A stretch of 64,000 nt of DNA from an uncultured Verrucomicrobiales bacterium (GCA_938091905.1 CALKOM010000053.1:1-64000), one strand, 5' to 3'; positions 18,589-28,968 are shown, counted from the stretch's first letter. A program made the numbers and translations. The notes: generated by a model not told the origin, from the letters alone.

Positions 18589-20292
18589 ATGCTGAAATGT
18601 GTGCTTCTTCAACTCGGTCTAGGAATTTGTTTGGCTGCTTGGGCTCAGGGCAAGCCGAATATCATTGTTATCATGTCCGACGACATGGGTTATTCGGATA
18701 TTGGTTGTTATGGTAGCGAGATCGACACGCCAAATCTGAACCAGCTTGCTGACGGCGGTCTTCGATTCACGCAGTTTTACAACACGGCGCGTTGTTGCCC
18801 CACGCGAGCAGCGCTATTGACTGGGCTTTATTCGCACCAGGCAGGGATTGGTTGGATGATGGCCGACAACGGACACGCGGGCTACCGAGGTGACTTGAAC
18901 AAGCGGAGTGTGACCTTTGCTGAAGCGCTGAAGCCAGCGGGCTATCGCACTTACATGTCTGGCAAGTGGCATGTGACGAAACATATCAGTCCTGACGGTC
19001 CAAGCCACAACTGGCCAAGGCAGCGGGGCTTCGATCGTTTTTATGGGACCATTCATGGAGCTGGAAGCTTCTTCGATCCCAACACTTTGATGCGTGATAA
19101 TACGATGATCTCGCCGTACGCCGATCCAAAGTACACGCCTGAAGAGTATTACTATACGGACGCCATCAGCGATCATGCCGTGCGGTTCATTCGCGAGCAT
19201 GAGGAGTCTCATCAGGACGCCTCCTTTCTCATGTATGTTTCCTACACAGCTGCGCATTGGCCGATGCACGCGTTAGAGAAAGACATCGCGAAGTACAAGG
19301 GGAAGTACGATGCAGGTTACGCCGCCATTCGTCAGAAACGTTTTGAGAAGATGAAGACGTTAGGCGTGATTGCTCCGGACGCCGAACTCTCTCCTGCGGA
19401 CGAGACATGGGAAGACATGCCCTTTAAGGAGTGGGATAGCCGGAACATGGAAGTATATGCAGCTATGGTCGACAACATGGACCAAGGGATCGGGCGGATC
19501 ATGCAGTCTCTCAAAGACACGAACCGGTTTGAGGATACCTTGATCCTCTTCTTCCAAGACAATGGGGGGTGTGCCGAGAACTATGGGCGGAACATGGGGC
19601 AGTGGAAGAAGGGGAACTATCCCAAGCGCGCCGACCAGCCGACCCTCAAGCCCTTGGCAGCCGATCACCTGCAGAAACACATGCAACCGAAGCAGACGCG
19701 AGATGGCTGGCCCGTGTTGACGGGCCCAGGCGTGATGCCTGGGCCGGCGGACACCTATATCGGCTATGGTCGGGGTTGGGCAAACGTGTCAAACACGCCG
19801 TTCAGAACCTACAAGCACTGGGAACATGAGGGCGGGATTTCCTCGCCTCTGATCGTGCATTGGCCCGCAGAAGTCATACGGAAAGGCGAGATTGAGCATC
19901 AGCCAGGGCATCTGATCGATATCATGGCCACGTGTGTGGATGTGAGCGAAGCAGACTATCCCGTCGAGTTCGGTGGAGAGCGAATTCAGCCGATGGAAGG
20001 TGTCAGTTTGGTGCCCGCCTTTCTCGGCGAGCGGTTGTCGCGCGAAGCCCCGTTGTATTGGGAACACGAGGGCAACCGGGCAGTACGTGTAGGCGATTGG
20101 AAGCTCGTTTCTAAGCGCTCTGTGGGTGAATGGGAACTCTACGATCTTAGTAAAGATCGCTCTGAACTGCATGACCTGGCGGAAGCACAACCAGAACGGG
20201 TGAAAGCCATGGCGGCGCGCTGGCACATGTGGGCTCTGCGTGCGAACGTCTTTCCGCTCACGCCTTACTACAAGAATCGAAAACGGGGTTAA
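18589..20292 (+). CDS. Arylsulfatase (formylglycine-dependent, S1 family)
   Basis: KPNI....DD.G, CCPTRAALLTG (CxPxR), GKWH and EGG...P motifs; signal peptide. Confidence 0.95.
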   Translation: MLKCVLLQLGLGICLAAWAQGKPNIIVIMSDDMGYSDIGCYGSEIDTPNLNQLADGGLRFTQFYNTARCCPTRAALLTGLYSHQAGIGWMMADNGHAGYRGDLNKRSVTFAEALKPAGYRTYMSGKWHVTKHISPDGPSHNWPRQRGFDRFYGTIHGAGSFFDPNTLMRDNTMISPYADPKYTPEEYYYTDAISDHAVRFIREHEESHQDASFLMYVSYTAAHWPMHALEKDIAKYKGKYDAGYAAIRQKRFEKMKTLGVIAPDAELSPADETWEDMPFKEWDSRNMEVYAAMVDNMDQGIGRIMQSLKDTNRFEDTLILFFQDNGGCAENYGRNMGQWKKGNYPKRADQPTLKPLAADHLQKHMQPKQTRDGWPVLTGPGVMPGPADTYIGYGRGWANVSNTPFRTYKHWEHEGGISSPLIVHWPAEVIRKGEIEHQPGHLIDIMATCVDVSEADYPVEFGGERIQPMEGVSLVPAFLGERLSREAPLYWEHEGNRAVRVGDWKLVSKRSVGEWELYDLSKDRSELHDLAEAQPERVKAMAARWHMWALRANVFPLTPYYKNRKRG

Positions 20293-20348
20293 ATACTAAC
20301 ACAACATGACGCGAGCTTCCAGCTCGTGAATCCAGCAGGATGCCGGAT

Positions 20349-21083
20349 CTACCCTATCTTGTTGCGGAGTGCACTCACATTCTGTGTGGGTGTGACGTAG
20401 CGGGCATATTCCTCCGAGCGGAGAGCGGTGCCCATGAAGACCTCGTCATTACGGTACGTCATGAGGCTAGCTTGTGGAGCCGGTGCCGCGACGTGAATTT
20501 CCTTGGCTCCCGTTTCAGCGATGACGCGGTCGACATTCTTCAGGGTGATCCCGCATCCTGGCATGATGATGATACGGTCACCTGCGTGTTCGATGAGCTT
20601 ACGAATGAGTCCCGTGCCTTCAAAGACGGACGGTTCTTGCCCTGAAGTGAGGATGCGCTGGACGCCAAGCTCGAGAAGTGTATCGAGCGCTTCGAAGGGA
20701 TCACGCGCCATGTCGAATGCTCGGTGAAAGGTCACCGGCAGCGGATTTGCGAGTTCGATGAGCTGGCGGGTGCGGTCGACATCGACTGTGCCGTCTGGAT
20801 TCAACAGACCGAAGACGACGCAGTCGACGCCTTCTTCCTTGAAGATGCGCACGTCTTCTTGCATGACGGCAAACTCTTCCTCCGTGTGGCAGAAATCTCC
20901 GCCTCTAGGTCGCACCATGACCGAGAGGTCAATCTTAGCGCGGCGTTTCGTTTCGCGTATGGCGCCGAGGCTTGGTGTCGTGCCGCCTTCTAACAGGTTT
21001 GCGCAGAACTCAATGCGATTTGCACCTCCCTCGGCTGAGGCGATGGCACTTTCGACGGAATCGATACACATTTCTAGAATCAT
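20349..21083 (-). CDS. cutC: Copper homeostasis protein CutC family
   Basis: EMC.DS, GA.RIE.C..L.EGG.TPS, MVRPRGGDF, TFHRAFD and RILTSG motifs. Confidence 0.95.
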   Translation of the reverse strand: MILEMCIDSVESAIASAEGGANRIEFCANLLEGGTTPSLGAIRETKRRAKIDLSVMVRPRGGDFCHTEEEFAVMQEDVRIFKEEGVDCVVFGLLNPDGTVDVDRTRQLIELANPLPVTFHRAFDMARDPFEALDTLLELGVQRILTSGQEPSVFEGTGLIRKLIEHAGDRIIIMPGCGITLKNVDRVIAETGAKEIHVAAPAPQASLMTYRNDEVFMGTALRSEEYARYVTPTQNVSALRNKIG

Positions 21084-21114
21084 GGACTCAAGGAGCCTGA
21101 GATCTGGAAAGAAC

Positions 21115-22092
21115 TCAAGCGCGAAACCACGCGCCAATGGCCTGCTGATTTGAGCCTACGTGAATGACCTGAGCCGAAGAGACGTTTTGGTTCGCCAGAG
21201 CCGTTTGAGTGTAGGTGCATTGCAATGCTAGTCCCGCTCCAAGAGCGTTCCCAAGAATGCTTGAGATATCTAGGAGGTCATTGTCGAGCCCATACTGCAC
21301 TTGCAGGCCCTCGGCCGTGGGCAGTGCCTCCATGAGTTGAGCTGTCGCTTGGGAGCGACTACGATCATTTCCGTAGCTAAACGCAGGGGTGATGCCGCAG
21401 ATCTTCGGGAATTCGGTTTCGTTGACAGTTGCTTCTAACAGGACGGCTCCAGCGCCTTCGCTGACAATGATGTTGCTACTGAAGAGGCTGGCGGCCTCCG
21501 TACTCAGCCAATCAAGTTCTTCACTACCAACGACGAGAACGCCGTCGACCTGGTTGTCAAGTAGCCACTCTATTCCAAGATCCATGCCACCAAGAAACTG
21601 AGCGGAGTCTCCAATCAAGGTGTAGGCTGGGCCGCGCGATTCTAACATCGCGGCAAGGTGGCTGGCGGGGGCATTGAAGACGGTTTCTGGAAACAGAATC
21701 GGACTGGCAAGTGAGGGATCGTTGAGAACTTCGCCATAGAAACGATTGCTGTAGTTCACGCACCCATTCATGAATACAAAAAGGACGCCCAACCTGTAGG
21801 TGCTGTCTATGACTTGAGCGTGGCGCTCTTCGCCTAACGCTTCGAGGGCCGCTGCTACGGCATAGCGCGAGATGGGGCTGGATCGGCGCAAGCGCGGATT
21901 CCGCATGAATGCTAGCGGTGTGTCTGGCTTTGGTACGCGCCGTATCTGGACGTGAGATGGACTGCCTTCTCTTTGCGAGAGCTCCGTGGGGAGATTTCGA
22001 GATTCCTGGATGGCATTGAATAGGGATTCAGTGCCCCAGCCTGCAGAAGATACCGCGCCGGCGCCTGCTAAAATGATTGAGGGAGAGCTCAT
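21115..22092 (-). CDS. Beta-ketoacyl synthase chain-length-factor-like protein (no catalytic Cys, truncated C-terminal domain)
   Basis: LRR.S, SP.LFPETVFNAPASHLA and EGAGAVLLE motifs; IGDSAQF at the expected Cys position; ATGA overlap with the KS gene. Confidence 0.8.
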   Translation of the reverse strand: MSSPSIILAGAGAVSSAGWGTESLFNAIQESRNLPTELSQREGSPSHVQIRRVPKPDTPLAFMRNPRLRRSSPISRYAVAAALEALGEERHAQVIDSTYRLGVLFVFMNGCVNYSNRFYGEVLNDPSLASPILFPETVFNAPASHLAAMLESRGPAYTLIGDSAQFLGGMDLGIEWLLDNQVDGVLVVGSEELDWLSTEAASLFSSNIIVSEGAGAVLLEATVNETEFPKICGITPAFSYGNDRSRSQATAQLMEALPTAEGLQVQYGLDNDLLDISSILGNALGAGLALQCTYTQTALANQNVSSAQVIHVGSNQQAIGAWFRA

Positions 22093-23342
22093 GACGCGCG
22101 GCGAAGAACTAGAGTGGCGTTAGACCCGCCGAACCCGAAGGAATTTGTGAGTACGGTATCGACCTTGGCCGTGCGCGGTTCGCGGATGAGATCAAACGTG
22201 CACACCGGATCAGGGGTGCGCACATTGAGGGAAGGCGGAACCCATTGCCCTTGCAGAGCCATGAGTGAAACGACTGTTTCCACCGAGCCAGCACCGCCTA
22301 ACAAATGACCAATTGAACCCTTGGTCGAACTGACCTTGATCTTGGCGGCGTTGTCACCTGCCCATTGCTGAATTGCCGCACCCTCGGCGACATCGTTCTT
22401 TGGTGTTCCCGTTCCGTGGGCGTTGATGTAGTCGACGTCAGTCGGAGATACGTTTGCCTCGCGGCACGCTGCCGTCATACTGGCTAGCGCAGCGAGGCCT
22501 TGGGGATGGGGCTGCGTCAGGTGATGAACATCTGTAGCACAGCCATAGGCGCCTATTTCACCTAACAACGACGCATCGCGTGCCGCTGCATGTGCTTCGC
22601 TTTCTAACATGAGCACCGCGGCACCTTCACCAAGGGCAAGGCCGTCACGCCCAGCATCGAACGGGCGAGGCAAGCCAGGCGTGAGCGCTTGGAGTGAATC
22701 GAATCCGGCGAAGACGAGCTGGCAAAGAGCGTCATAGCCACCCGTGATGACGCACTCGGCGCGGCCGCTGCGGATGAGCCGGTAGGCTTGGCCGATGGCA
22801 TCGGCTCCCGATGCACAGGCGTTGCTCACGATACTTATGGGGCCGTTGATACCCAAACTATGGCTGAGTGTGAGGACCTGACTCTGGGGTTGATAGAGCG
22901 CTACCCGAGTGGCTTGGCCATGTCGACGTGTGCTGCTGGCTGCTTGTTGATAGTAGGCTTCGCCCAGGCTCATGCCACCTGCGGATGTGCCAATGACGAC
23001 GGGTGGCGCAAGCTGGCGTTCGTTCTCGCCCCATCTCGCTTGATCCCAGGCTTCGTAACCTGCGAGCAGGAGAAGCTTGGACGCGCGATCAAGACGGCGA
23101 AACTGCCGATCTGTGAGTTGGCGTTGGTCGATGATGGTGGGAAGTTCGACTTCTCCACCTCGCGAGGTGCGTTGACGAGAAGTATCGAAGAGGGAGATGT
23201 CCCGCAAGGCGGCCCGACCCTCACGAAAGCCAATCGCGTTGACCTCCCATCCTAGGCCTAGCGAAGTGACAATACCTGCCCCTGTCACAAAGACCCGGCT
23301 TGGTGGCGATGTGGTGGTAAGTTGCTCCGCGTTGAAGGCCAC
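22089..23342 (-). CDS. Beta-ketoacyl-[ACP] synthase (FabF-like / type II KS)
   Basis: SNACASG, INAHGTGT, STKGSIGHLLG and NSFGFGG motifs give an intact Cys-His-His triad. Confidence 0.93.
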   Translation of the reverse strand: MAFNAEQLTTTSPPSRVFVTGAGIVTSLGLGWEVNAIGFREGRAALRDISLFDTSRQRTSRGGEVELPTIIDQRQLTDRQFRRLDRASKLLLLAGYEAWDQARWGENERQLAPPVVIGTSAGGMSLGEAYYQQAASSTRRHGQATRVALYQPQSQVLTLSHSLGINGPISIVSNACASGADAIGQAYRLIRSGRAECVITGGYDALCQLVFAGFDSLQALTPGLPRPFDAGRDGLALGEGAAVLMLESEAHAAARDASLLGEIGAYGCATDVHHLTQPHPQGLAALASMTAACREANVSPTDVDYINAHGTGTPKNDVAEGAAIQQWAGDNAAKIKVSSTKGSIGHLLGGAGSVETVVSLMALQGQWVPPSLNVRTPDPVCTFDLIREPRTAKVDTVLTNSFGFGGSNATLVLRRAS

Positions 23343-24022
23343 TAGTCTAACAAATCGGGTCTATTCTCTGCCGTGCGCTGTTTCCCGGCCTCCGTGCGCC
23401 AAGCGTTGATCTTCTCGTGGTGGCCTGATAGAAGCACTTTTGGAACAGCGCGGTCTTGAAAGACAGGCGGCCGTGTGTAGTGCGGGGCTTCGAGGAGACC
23501 GTCGCTGAAAGACTCCTGCCAAGCAGAGCGATCATCTCCGAGCACACCAGGGAGCAGGCGGACGATCGCGTCCGTGACGATGGCAGCGGCAATGGCGCCA
23601 TTGGTCAGCACATAGTCGCCAATGGAGAGTTCACGATCGACAAGGCCTTCGATCACGCGGTGATCGACGCCTTCATAGTGACCACAAAGGATGATCAATT
23701 GGCGATCGGGAACTTCGGCCATGGATTCCGCGAGTCTCTGATCGAAACGTTGGCCCTGGGGCGTCATGAGGATAACTTCAGAAGCAATGTCAGGCTGGCG
23801 GGTGGCCTCGACTGCAGCAAAGAAGGGCTCTGGTTTCATGACCATGCCTTGGCCGCCACCATAGGGTTCGTCATCCACCTTGCGGTGCTTGTCCGTGGTG
23901 AAGTCACGTAGATCGTGGACATGCAACTCAAGGATGCCCTTGTCCTGTGCACGTTGCATGATGCTCTCTGAGAGCGGTAGGCGACAGATGTCAGGAAAGA
24001 TAGTAACGATGTCGATGCGCAT
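23342..24022 (-). CDS. trmD: tRNA (guanine37-N1)-methyltransferase
   Basis: VDDEPYGGG.GM, LCGHYEGVD.R, SIGDYVL..G and YTRP motifs. Confidence 0.97.
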   Translation of the reverse strand: MRIDIVTIFPDICRLPLSESIMQRAQDKGILELHVHDLRDFTTDKHRKVDDEPYGGGQGMVMKPEPFFAAVEATRQPDIASEVILMTPQGQRFDQRLAESMAEVPDRQLIILCGHYEGVDHRVIEGLVDRELSIGDYVLTNGAIAAAIVTDAIVRLLPGVLGDDRSAWQESFSDGLLEAPHYTRPPVFQDRAVPKVLLSGHHEKINAWRTEAGKQRTAENRPDLLD

Positions 24023-24025
24023 GGT

Positions 24026-26950
24026 TCAAGGGGCGGCAACATGGCTGCGGAGATAGGCAATGAGGTCGATGACTTGCTCTTCTGTGAGGATATCTAACAA
24101 GCCTTCCGGCATGAGAGAAGTCTTCATGGTGGTAAGATTCTGCACGTCGGCTTTCGCTATGCGGGTGTCTACGGTCAATGTTCGAAGAAGAAAGCTGGTC
24201 TTGTTACTCTCGATGATGGAACCGGTGATGACATTACCGTTCTTACCAGTGGCGACAGTGAGCCGGTAGTCCGAGGCCACGCTGGCATTGGGATCGACGA
24301 TGTTGTTGAGCAGGTAATCGATGTTACCACGGTCCGAGCCCGTGAGATCAGGGCCGATCTTGCCGCCGTCGTTGAAGAGTTTGTGACAGGCACCGCAGGC
24401 GCTGGCGTAGAGTGCCTTGCCATTCGCTTGATCAGGTGTGCGGTTGTTTGAAGCGATCAGTTCGCGATAGCGGTTAATGCTTTCTTGTTTCACTTCAGTC
24501 GATTGGCGAACGCTTCCCCAGTGGGTTTCGAGCAGGGCGCTTAATTCGCTGTCTTTTATAGCGGCGATCTTCTGAGCTTGGGCCGCATTGATATCGTGAC
24601 GCTTTAACTGACCATCTGCGAGTGAATGGACCACGCGTTTCGCAGTGTGCTTGTTAGAAATGAGGGCATCAATAGCAAGTGGTTGTTCTTGAGGCGTGAG
24701 TTCATTCCAGTGTGTGAACAGCCAGTCCTGCCAACGTTCAACATGACGGGTGGGGAGAGACGGAAGAATGATTGCGCGTAAAGACGCGGGGCCGTTTTGA
24801 AGGATGGTCTGGCACAAAGCATCGACTTCTGGGCTCTTGACTGCCATTAAAACTTGGAGGTCTTCCGGCTTGCCGTCCTTGATTGCGGAGGCCATGAAAC
24901 GTTTGATCGTCGGCTGATGCTCTAGCTCGATCGCTAAAACGAGGCCCTCATTGGGGGCTGCATTGAGCAAGCGCTCGAGAGCGTCATCGATGGGATAGGC
25001 TACGTTATCCTGGCGCTTCTTGTAGGACGTTGCATAACCCTTTAAGATGGCAGTAAGGCGAGGCACTTCTTTTGTCTCTAGCATCTTTCGGAAATGGGAA
25101 TGCAGAACTGCGAGCTCGTTGTCTGGTTCAAAGAGGCGTCGAGCGATAAGCCCTTCCAGCCAGGGCGACGCTTTTCCAGCTTGAATCTCAATTCGTCGAC
25201 TTGTCTTGGAGAGCTTGGGTTCTAGGGAATACCAAATCATGCGCTGCATCACGTTGTCGCCGAAGTCATCTTGGCGTTCTGCGAGTGCAACAATCACGTT
25301 TAGACTTTCGGCAGTGGTCAGGTAGAGCCTCACCAAGGACGAAGGATCTTGTTGCGCCATCTCGAGAAAGCGGGCGTCAAAGTCACCTTCGCGGTTGTTT
25401 GCCAGCCGCACGGCCCAAGCGCGTACATGCTCATTGGTGTCATGGGTGGCTTCGAGCATGCTTTCGGTGGTGAGGCCACCAATTACATGGAGCGTCCATA
25501 GTGCCTGGAGTCGGGTGTTTGGCTTTTGAGCTGCTGTCAGCCAGGCGCGCAGAGCTGAGATCGTCTCTTTGCGGAGTGTTCCGGCGACGGCCCGTTCATG
25601 GAGTAGTCTTCGAGCTTGCCGTCCAAACCAGGCGTTCTTGTGGTGGTGGTAGTTTAGGAGTTCGTGGTCTGACGCCTTGGAGAGATCGCCTTGCCAGGTC
25701 TTGCCCTGTCCGTAGGTGATCTTGTAGATGCGGCCACTGCTACGGTGGACGCCGTCATTATCGTGGCATTCCCCGTCATCGGTCCAGTCTGACAGATAGA
25801 CGGCGCCGTCCGGTCCATACATGATCGAGACCCCGCGAAACCACGATTGGTTGGCACGCATGAAGTCGCCTTCATAGGTGCCGACGAACGACCCGCCGCG
25901 ACGTGTGAGTTTGTCCATGTTGATACGTCGCCCATGGGTGTTGGCCATGAACATCATTCCACGATACTTGTCTGGCCATTGATCACCTAAATAAATCATG
26001 GCCCCGCAATGAGAGTGACCTCCGCCTAACGTATTTGCAGAATCTCGTCCTACAGCTCCTTTGTTCCATTCCCGTTTCCAGTTACCCGAGCCCGCGTAGT
26101 GCGGAACGTCGGCGGACATGGTTAGCCTCTCGTAAACATAGGGTGTGCTCGTGGTCGGATGCATACGTTCGAGGAATGCGCCGGGAATGACATGCCAGAG
26201 GTGGCCGTTCACATTGCCGGACATGAAGAGTTCGCCTTGCTCATCCCAATCGAGTCCCCAGGGATTTGTCGTGCCTCGAACGACGTGTTCTAAGATTTTT
26301 GTCTGCGGGTGATAGCGCCAGATGCCACAGTTGATATTTAGCCAGTCATCCTTGGGCGTATCTGGCACGCCGACCTTGGACCACTGGAGAACGCCGTGCC
26401 GACCGTAGAGCCATCCGTCTGGACCCCACTGCAATCCATTCACCATGTTGTGTTTCGCTTTCTTGTTGAAGCCTGTTAGGATGATTTCAGGAGGCCCATC
26501 GGGAATATCATCTTGATTGCGATCGGGTATAAAGATGATGTTCGGTGCGTCTGCAATCCACACACCACCGAAGCCGAGGGCTAGGCCAGCGAAGTGCTTA
26601 CCTTGATCGTAGAACACAGTGCGTTTGTCATGGCGACCATCGTGATCGGTGTCTTCAAAAATGAGAATGCGATCTTCGCCGCGATCCTCCCATTCTTCGT
26701 AAGCATAGCTTTCGATGACCCAGAGTCGACCGCGATCATCCAGAGTCATGTCGATGGGTTGCCTCAAGGCGGGCTCATGGGCGAAGAGAGTCGCTCCAAA
26801 ACCCTCTGGAAGGGACATCTGATAGAGTGCCTCGATAGGAGACGGAGGTTCCTCGCCAGCGCGCTGGCTATTGCGTGGCTGGTAATCGTCTGCCCAAGCA
26901 CCAGAGCAGAGGCTAAAGGCCAGCAGGATAGCGAAGAGGGTGCGCATCAA
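24026..26950 (-). CDS. PVC-type membrane-bound dehydrogenase-like protein with HEAT repeats and c-type heme domain
   Basis: Signal peptide; GF...LFA.EP, DDRGRLWV, WGPDGWLY and NPWG propeller motifs; CGACH, GPDLTG and SLMPEG. Confidence 0.9.
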   Translation of the reverse strand: MMRTLFAILLAFSLCSGAWADDYQPRNSQRAGEEPPSPIEALYQMSLPEGFGATLFAHEPALRQPIDMTLDDRGRLWVIESYAYEEWEDRGEDRILIFEDTDHDGRHDKRTVFYDQGKHFAGLALGFGGVWIADAPNIIFIPDRNQDDIPDGPPEIILTGFNKKAKHNMVNGLQWGPDGWLYGRHGVLQWSKVGVPDTPKDDWLNINCGIWRYHPQTKILEHVVRGTTNPWGLDWDEQGELFMSGNVNGHLWHVIPGAFLERMHPTTSTPYVYERLTMSADVPHYAGSGNWKREWNKGAVGRDSANTLGGGHSHCGAMIYLGDQWPDKYRGMMFMANTHGRRINMDKLTRRGGSFVGTYEGDFMRANQSWFRGVSIMYGPDGAVYLSDWTDDGECHDNDGVHRSSGRIYKITYGQGKTWQGDLSKASDHELLNYHHHKNAWFGRQARRLLHERAVAGTLRKETISALRAWLTAAQKPNTRLQALWTLHVIGGLTTESMLEATHDTNEHVRAWAVRLANNREGDFDARFLEMAQQDPSSLVRLYLTTAESLNVIVALAERQDDFGDNVMQRMIWYSLEPKLSKTSRRIEIQAGKASPWLEGLIARRLFEPDNELAVLHSHFRKMLETKEVPRLTAILKGYATSYKKRQDNVAYPIDDALERLLNAAPNEGLVLAIELEHQPTIKRFMASAIKDGKPEDLQVLMAVKSPEVDALCQTILQNGPASLRAIILPSLPTRHVERWQDWLFTHWNELTPQEQPLAIDALISNKHTAKRVVHSLADGQLKRHDINAAQAQKIAAIKDSELSALLETHWGSVRQSTEVKQESINRYRELIASNNRTPDQANGKALYASACGACHKLFNDGGKIGPDLTGSDRGNIDYLLNNIVDPNASVASDYRLTVATGKNGNVITGSIIESNKTSFLLRTLTVDTRIAKADVQNLTTMKTSLMPEGLLDILTEEQVIDLIAYLRSHVAAP

Positions 26951-27474
26951 TTTCCCTCATGAGTAGTCGTGTCAATGAGCGGTGAGCGCTGGGCAGCTTC
27001 TTGATCGAGCTGCAAAAGTCCCAGTGGATTGTCTCCTACTAGCCGCAGTCGATCGATCATGTCTTGCACTGCCTTCTCCTCCTCCACTTGCTCATCGAGG
27101 AACCAGTTCAGCAAATTCTTGCTCTCGTGATCCCGATGCGTCTCGGCCATATTGTAGAGTTGATGAATGCTAGTCGTGACCTGCTCTTCCTGATTTAGGC
27201 TTGTTTCAAAAACCTCAAGCGGGCTGCTGAAATCTGCCCGTGGCGTGCTGATCGCGGCAAGCTCCACCTTGGCTCCGCGATCGATTAGGAAATGATAGAA
27301 TTTCATCGCATGGGTTGTTTCCTCTTGGCTCTGAGCTAGCATCCACTGGGCAAAGCCGCCATAAGGCGTGTTCTCAAACCAAGCGGACATGGCGAGGTAA
27401 TTATAGGATGCCGTCATCTCATTGTTGATCTGGGCGTTCAAGAGGGAATGAAGTTCTGGGGCAACCTTACTCAT
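26947..27474 (-). CDS. Non-heme ferritin
   Basis: LN.QIN.E..AS..YL.M, Q..EE..HA.K and WF..EQVEEE ferroxidase motifs. Confidence 0.93.
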   Translation of the reverse strand: MSKVAPELHSLLNAQINNEMTASYNYLAMSAWFENTPYGGFAQWMLAQSQEETTHAMKFYHFLIDRGAKVELAAISTPRADFSSPLEVFETSLNQEEQVTTSIHQLYNMAETHRDHESKNLLNWFLDEQVEEEKAVQDMIDRLRLVGDNPLGLLQLDQEAAQRSPLIDTTTHEGN

Positions 27475-27566
27475 AATGAGATTACTATCCGGGAAATTTT
27501 ACGATTCTCAAGGCCCCTTGGCTATCTTCTTAGACCTCGAATCATCGTGGTCTATCGCCTTGAGTT

Positions 27567-27703
27567 TTACTCCTAACTTGCAGCCTGCCCGAGGTTGATC
27601 GGCTGGACTCAAAAGGTACGGCTGCTGTCTGTTGCTCGGACGGATTGCTGCAACTCATACTGAAAGCCAGGTGCTGCTGGACAAGGGCGCTGACGTGAAG
27701 CAG
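27567..27703 (+). pseudogene. Eroded ankyrin-repeat remnant
   Basis: LLL....EVDRLDSKGTAA in one frame, then AATHTESQVLLDKGADVK in another, resembling the ankyrin LL..GADVN..D..G.T consensus. Confidence 0.4.
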
Positions 27704-27906
27704 CATTCTGGCATCTCTCCCAAGCCTTGTATTCAATCATCAAGCCATACCGTGCCCTTTCGATGGTCTTCATTCGAACTCTATCACTAATTGAAAGGAG
27801 TGGGCGCAGCGACGGTGCAGAACCTATGGGAAACCACGTCTGGGACGGCGCTCAGCCCTCCAGAATGGAATGTCCGTTGTGCTCAAATTTCTGGAACTTT
27901 GTCACC

Positions 27907-28968
27907 GTGCGCGGTTTTGCCGTTTTCGCGTGGTGCTTGGCACTTATGGTGTCTTGTTCAGACATGAAGGTCGACGTCCCTCCTCTGAGAAAGGAGTCCG
28001 ACCGAAATACTGATTCTTTTACCCTGATCGTTCTGCCTGACACCCAAGGCTACGCTGATGTTAGGCACAAAGAGACTCAGAAGCACTGGCCAGAGATTGG
28101 AGATCAGCGATCCTGCTTTTTTAAACAGACCGAATGGATCAAGGAGAATAAGCAGACGAGGAACATTGCGATGGCGATCCATGTGGGAGATATTACCCAG
28201 ACCGACCACGACGAAGAATGGAAGATCGCCGACACAGCTTTCAAGACGATTGATCAGCAGGTGCCCTACTTGTTGTGCTCAGGAAATCATGACATGGGCT
28301 ATTCACCACGAGACCGTAAGACAAGCCATTCGCGTGCGAGCCGTTTTAGCTCCTACTTCACACCGTCGCGCTTCACAAAGAATCCGTTTTATGACTCGCA
28401 TTTCGGCAGCAATCGGAACCTACATTTTCGAGAAGCTGGGAGGATTGAAAACTACTATCTCTTTCTAAAAGCGGGAGGAATGAAGTTCCTCATCCTCAGT
28501 CTGGAGTTCAAACCTCGAGACGAAACTCTTGCCTGGGCGAATCAGGTTGTTGAGCAGTATTCTGACCACCGGACCATCATTGTTACCCACGCCTTTTTAA
28601 TGGGTAAAGAAGGTGAACGAACAGGTGTTGATGGCTATCCGGTGAAAGGGAATTCAGGGGAATCCATCTGGAAGAAATTTGTTAGTCTTCATGAGAACAT
28701 TTTCCTGGTTCTTTCAGGGCATGCCATGGAGGGACTGTTGACTAGTCAAGGAAAGCATGGAAATATTGTTCACCAAGTTCAGGCCGATTATTGGTATTGG
28801 GATGTACCTGAGATCAAGGCGGGTAGTGGCTTCTTGCGGATCCTTACTTTCCGCCCTGACGAGAACAGCATTGATATTCAGACCTATTCCCCGGTGACGG
28901 ATACATTCCTCACTCGTCCAAAAAGTGCCTTCTCGTTGGACTATCAGATGCAGAGCGATAAGGATTAG
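27907..28968 (+). CDS. Calcineurin-like metallophosphoesterase, probable lipoprotein (start uncertain; frame open from 27727)
   Basis: LPDTQ, HVGD, GNHD, TH and SGH motifs; LMVSC lipobox-like segment. Confidence 0.88.
   Translation: MRGFAVFAWCLALMVSCSDMKVDVPPLRKESDRNTDSFTLIVLPDTQGYADVRHKETQKHWPEIGDQRSCFFKQTEWIKENKQTRNIAMAIHVGDITQTDHDEEWKIADTAFKTIDQQVPYLLCSGNHDMGYSPRDRKTSHSRASRFSSYFTPSRFTKNPFYDSHFGSNRNLHFREAGRIENYYLFLKAGGMKFLILSLEFKPRDETLAWANQVVEQYSDHRTIIVTHAFLMGKEGERTGVDGYPVKGNSGESIWKKFVSLHENIFLVLSGHAMEGLLTSQGKHGNIVHQVQADYWYWDVPEIKAGSGFLRILTFRPDENSIDIQTYSPVTDTFLTRPKSAFSLDYQMQSDKD

Noticed and set aside
27472..27490. Fur-box-like sequence over the ferritin start
   Set aside because: Only 11/19 identity to GATAATGATAATCATTATC, with a poor right half.
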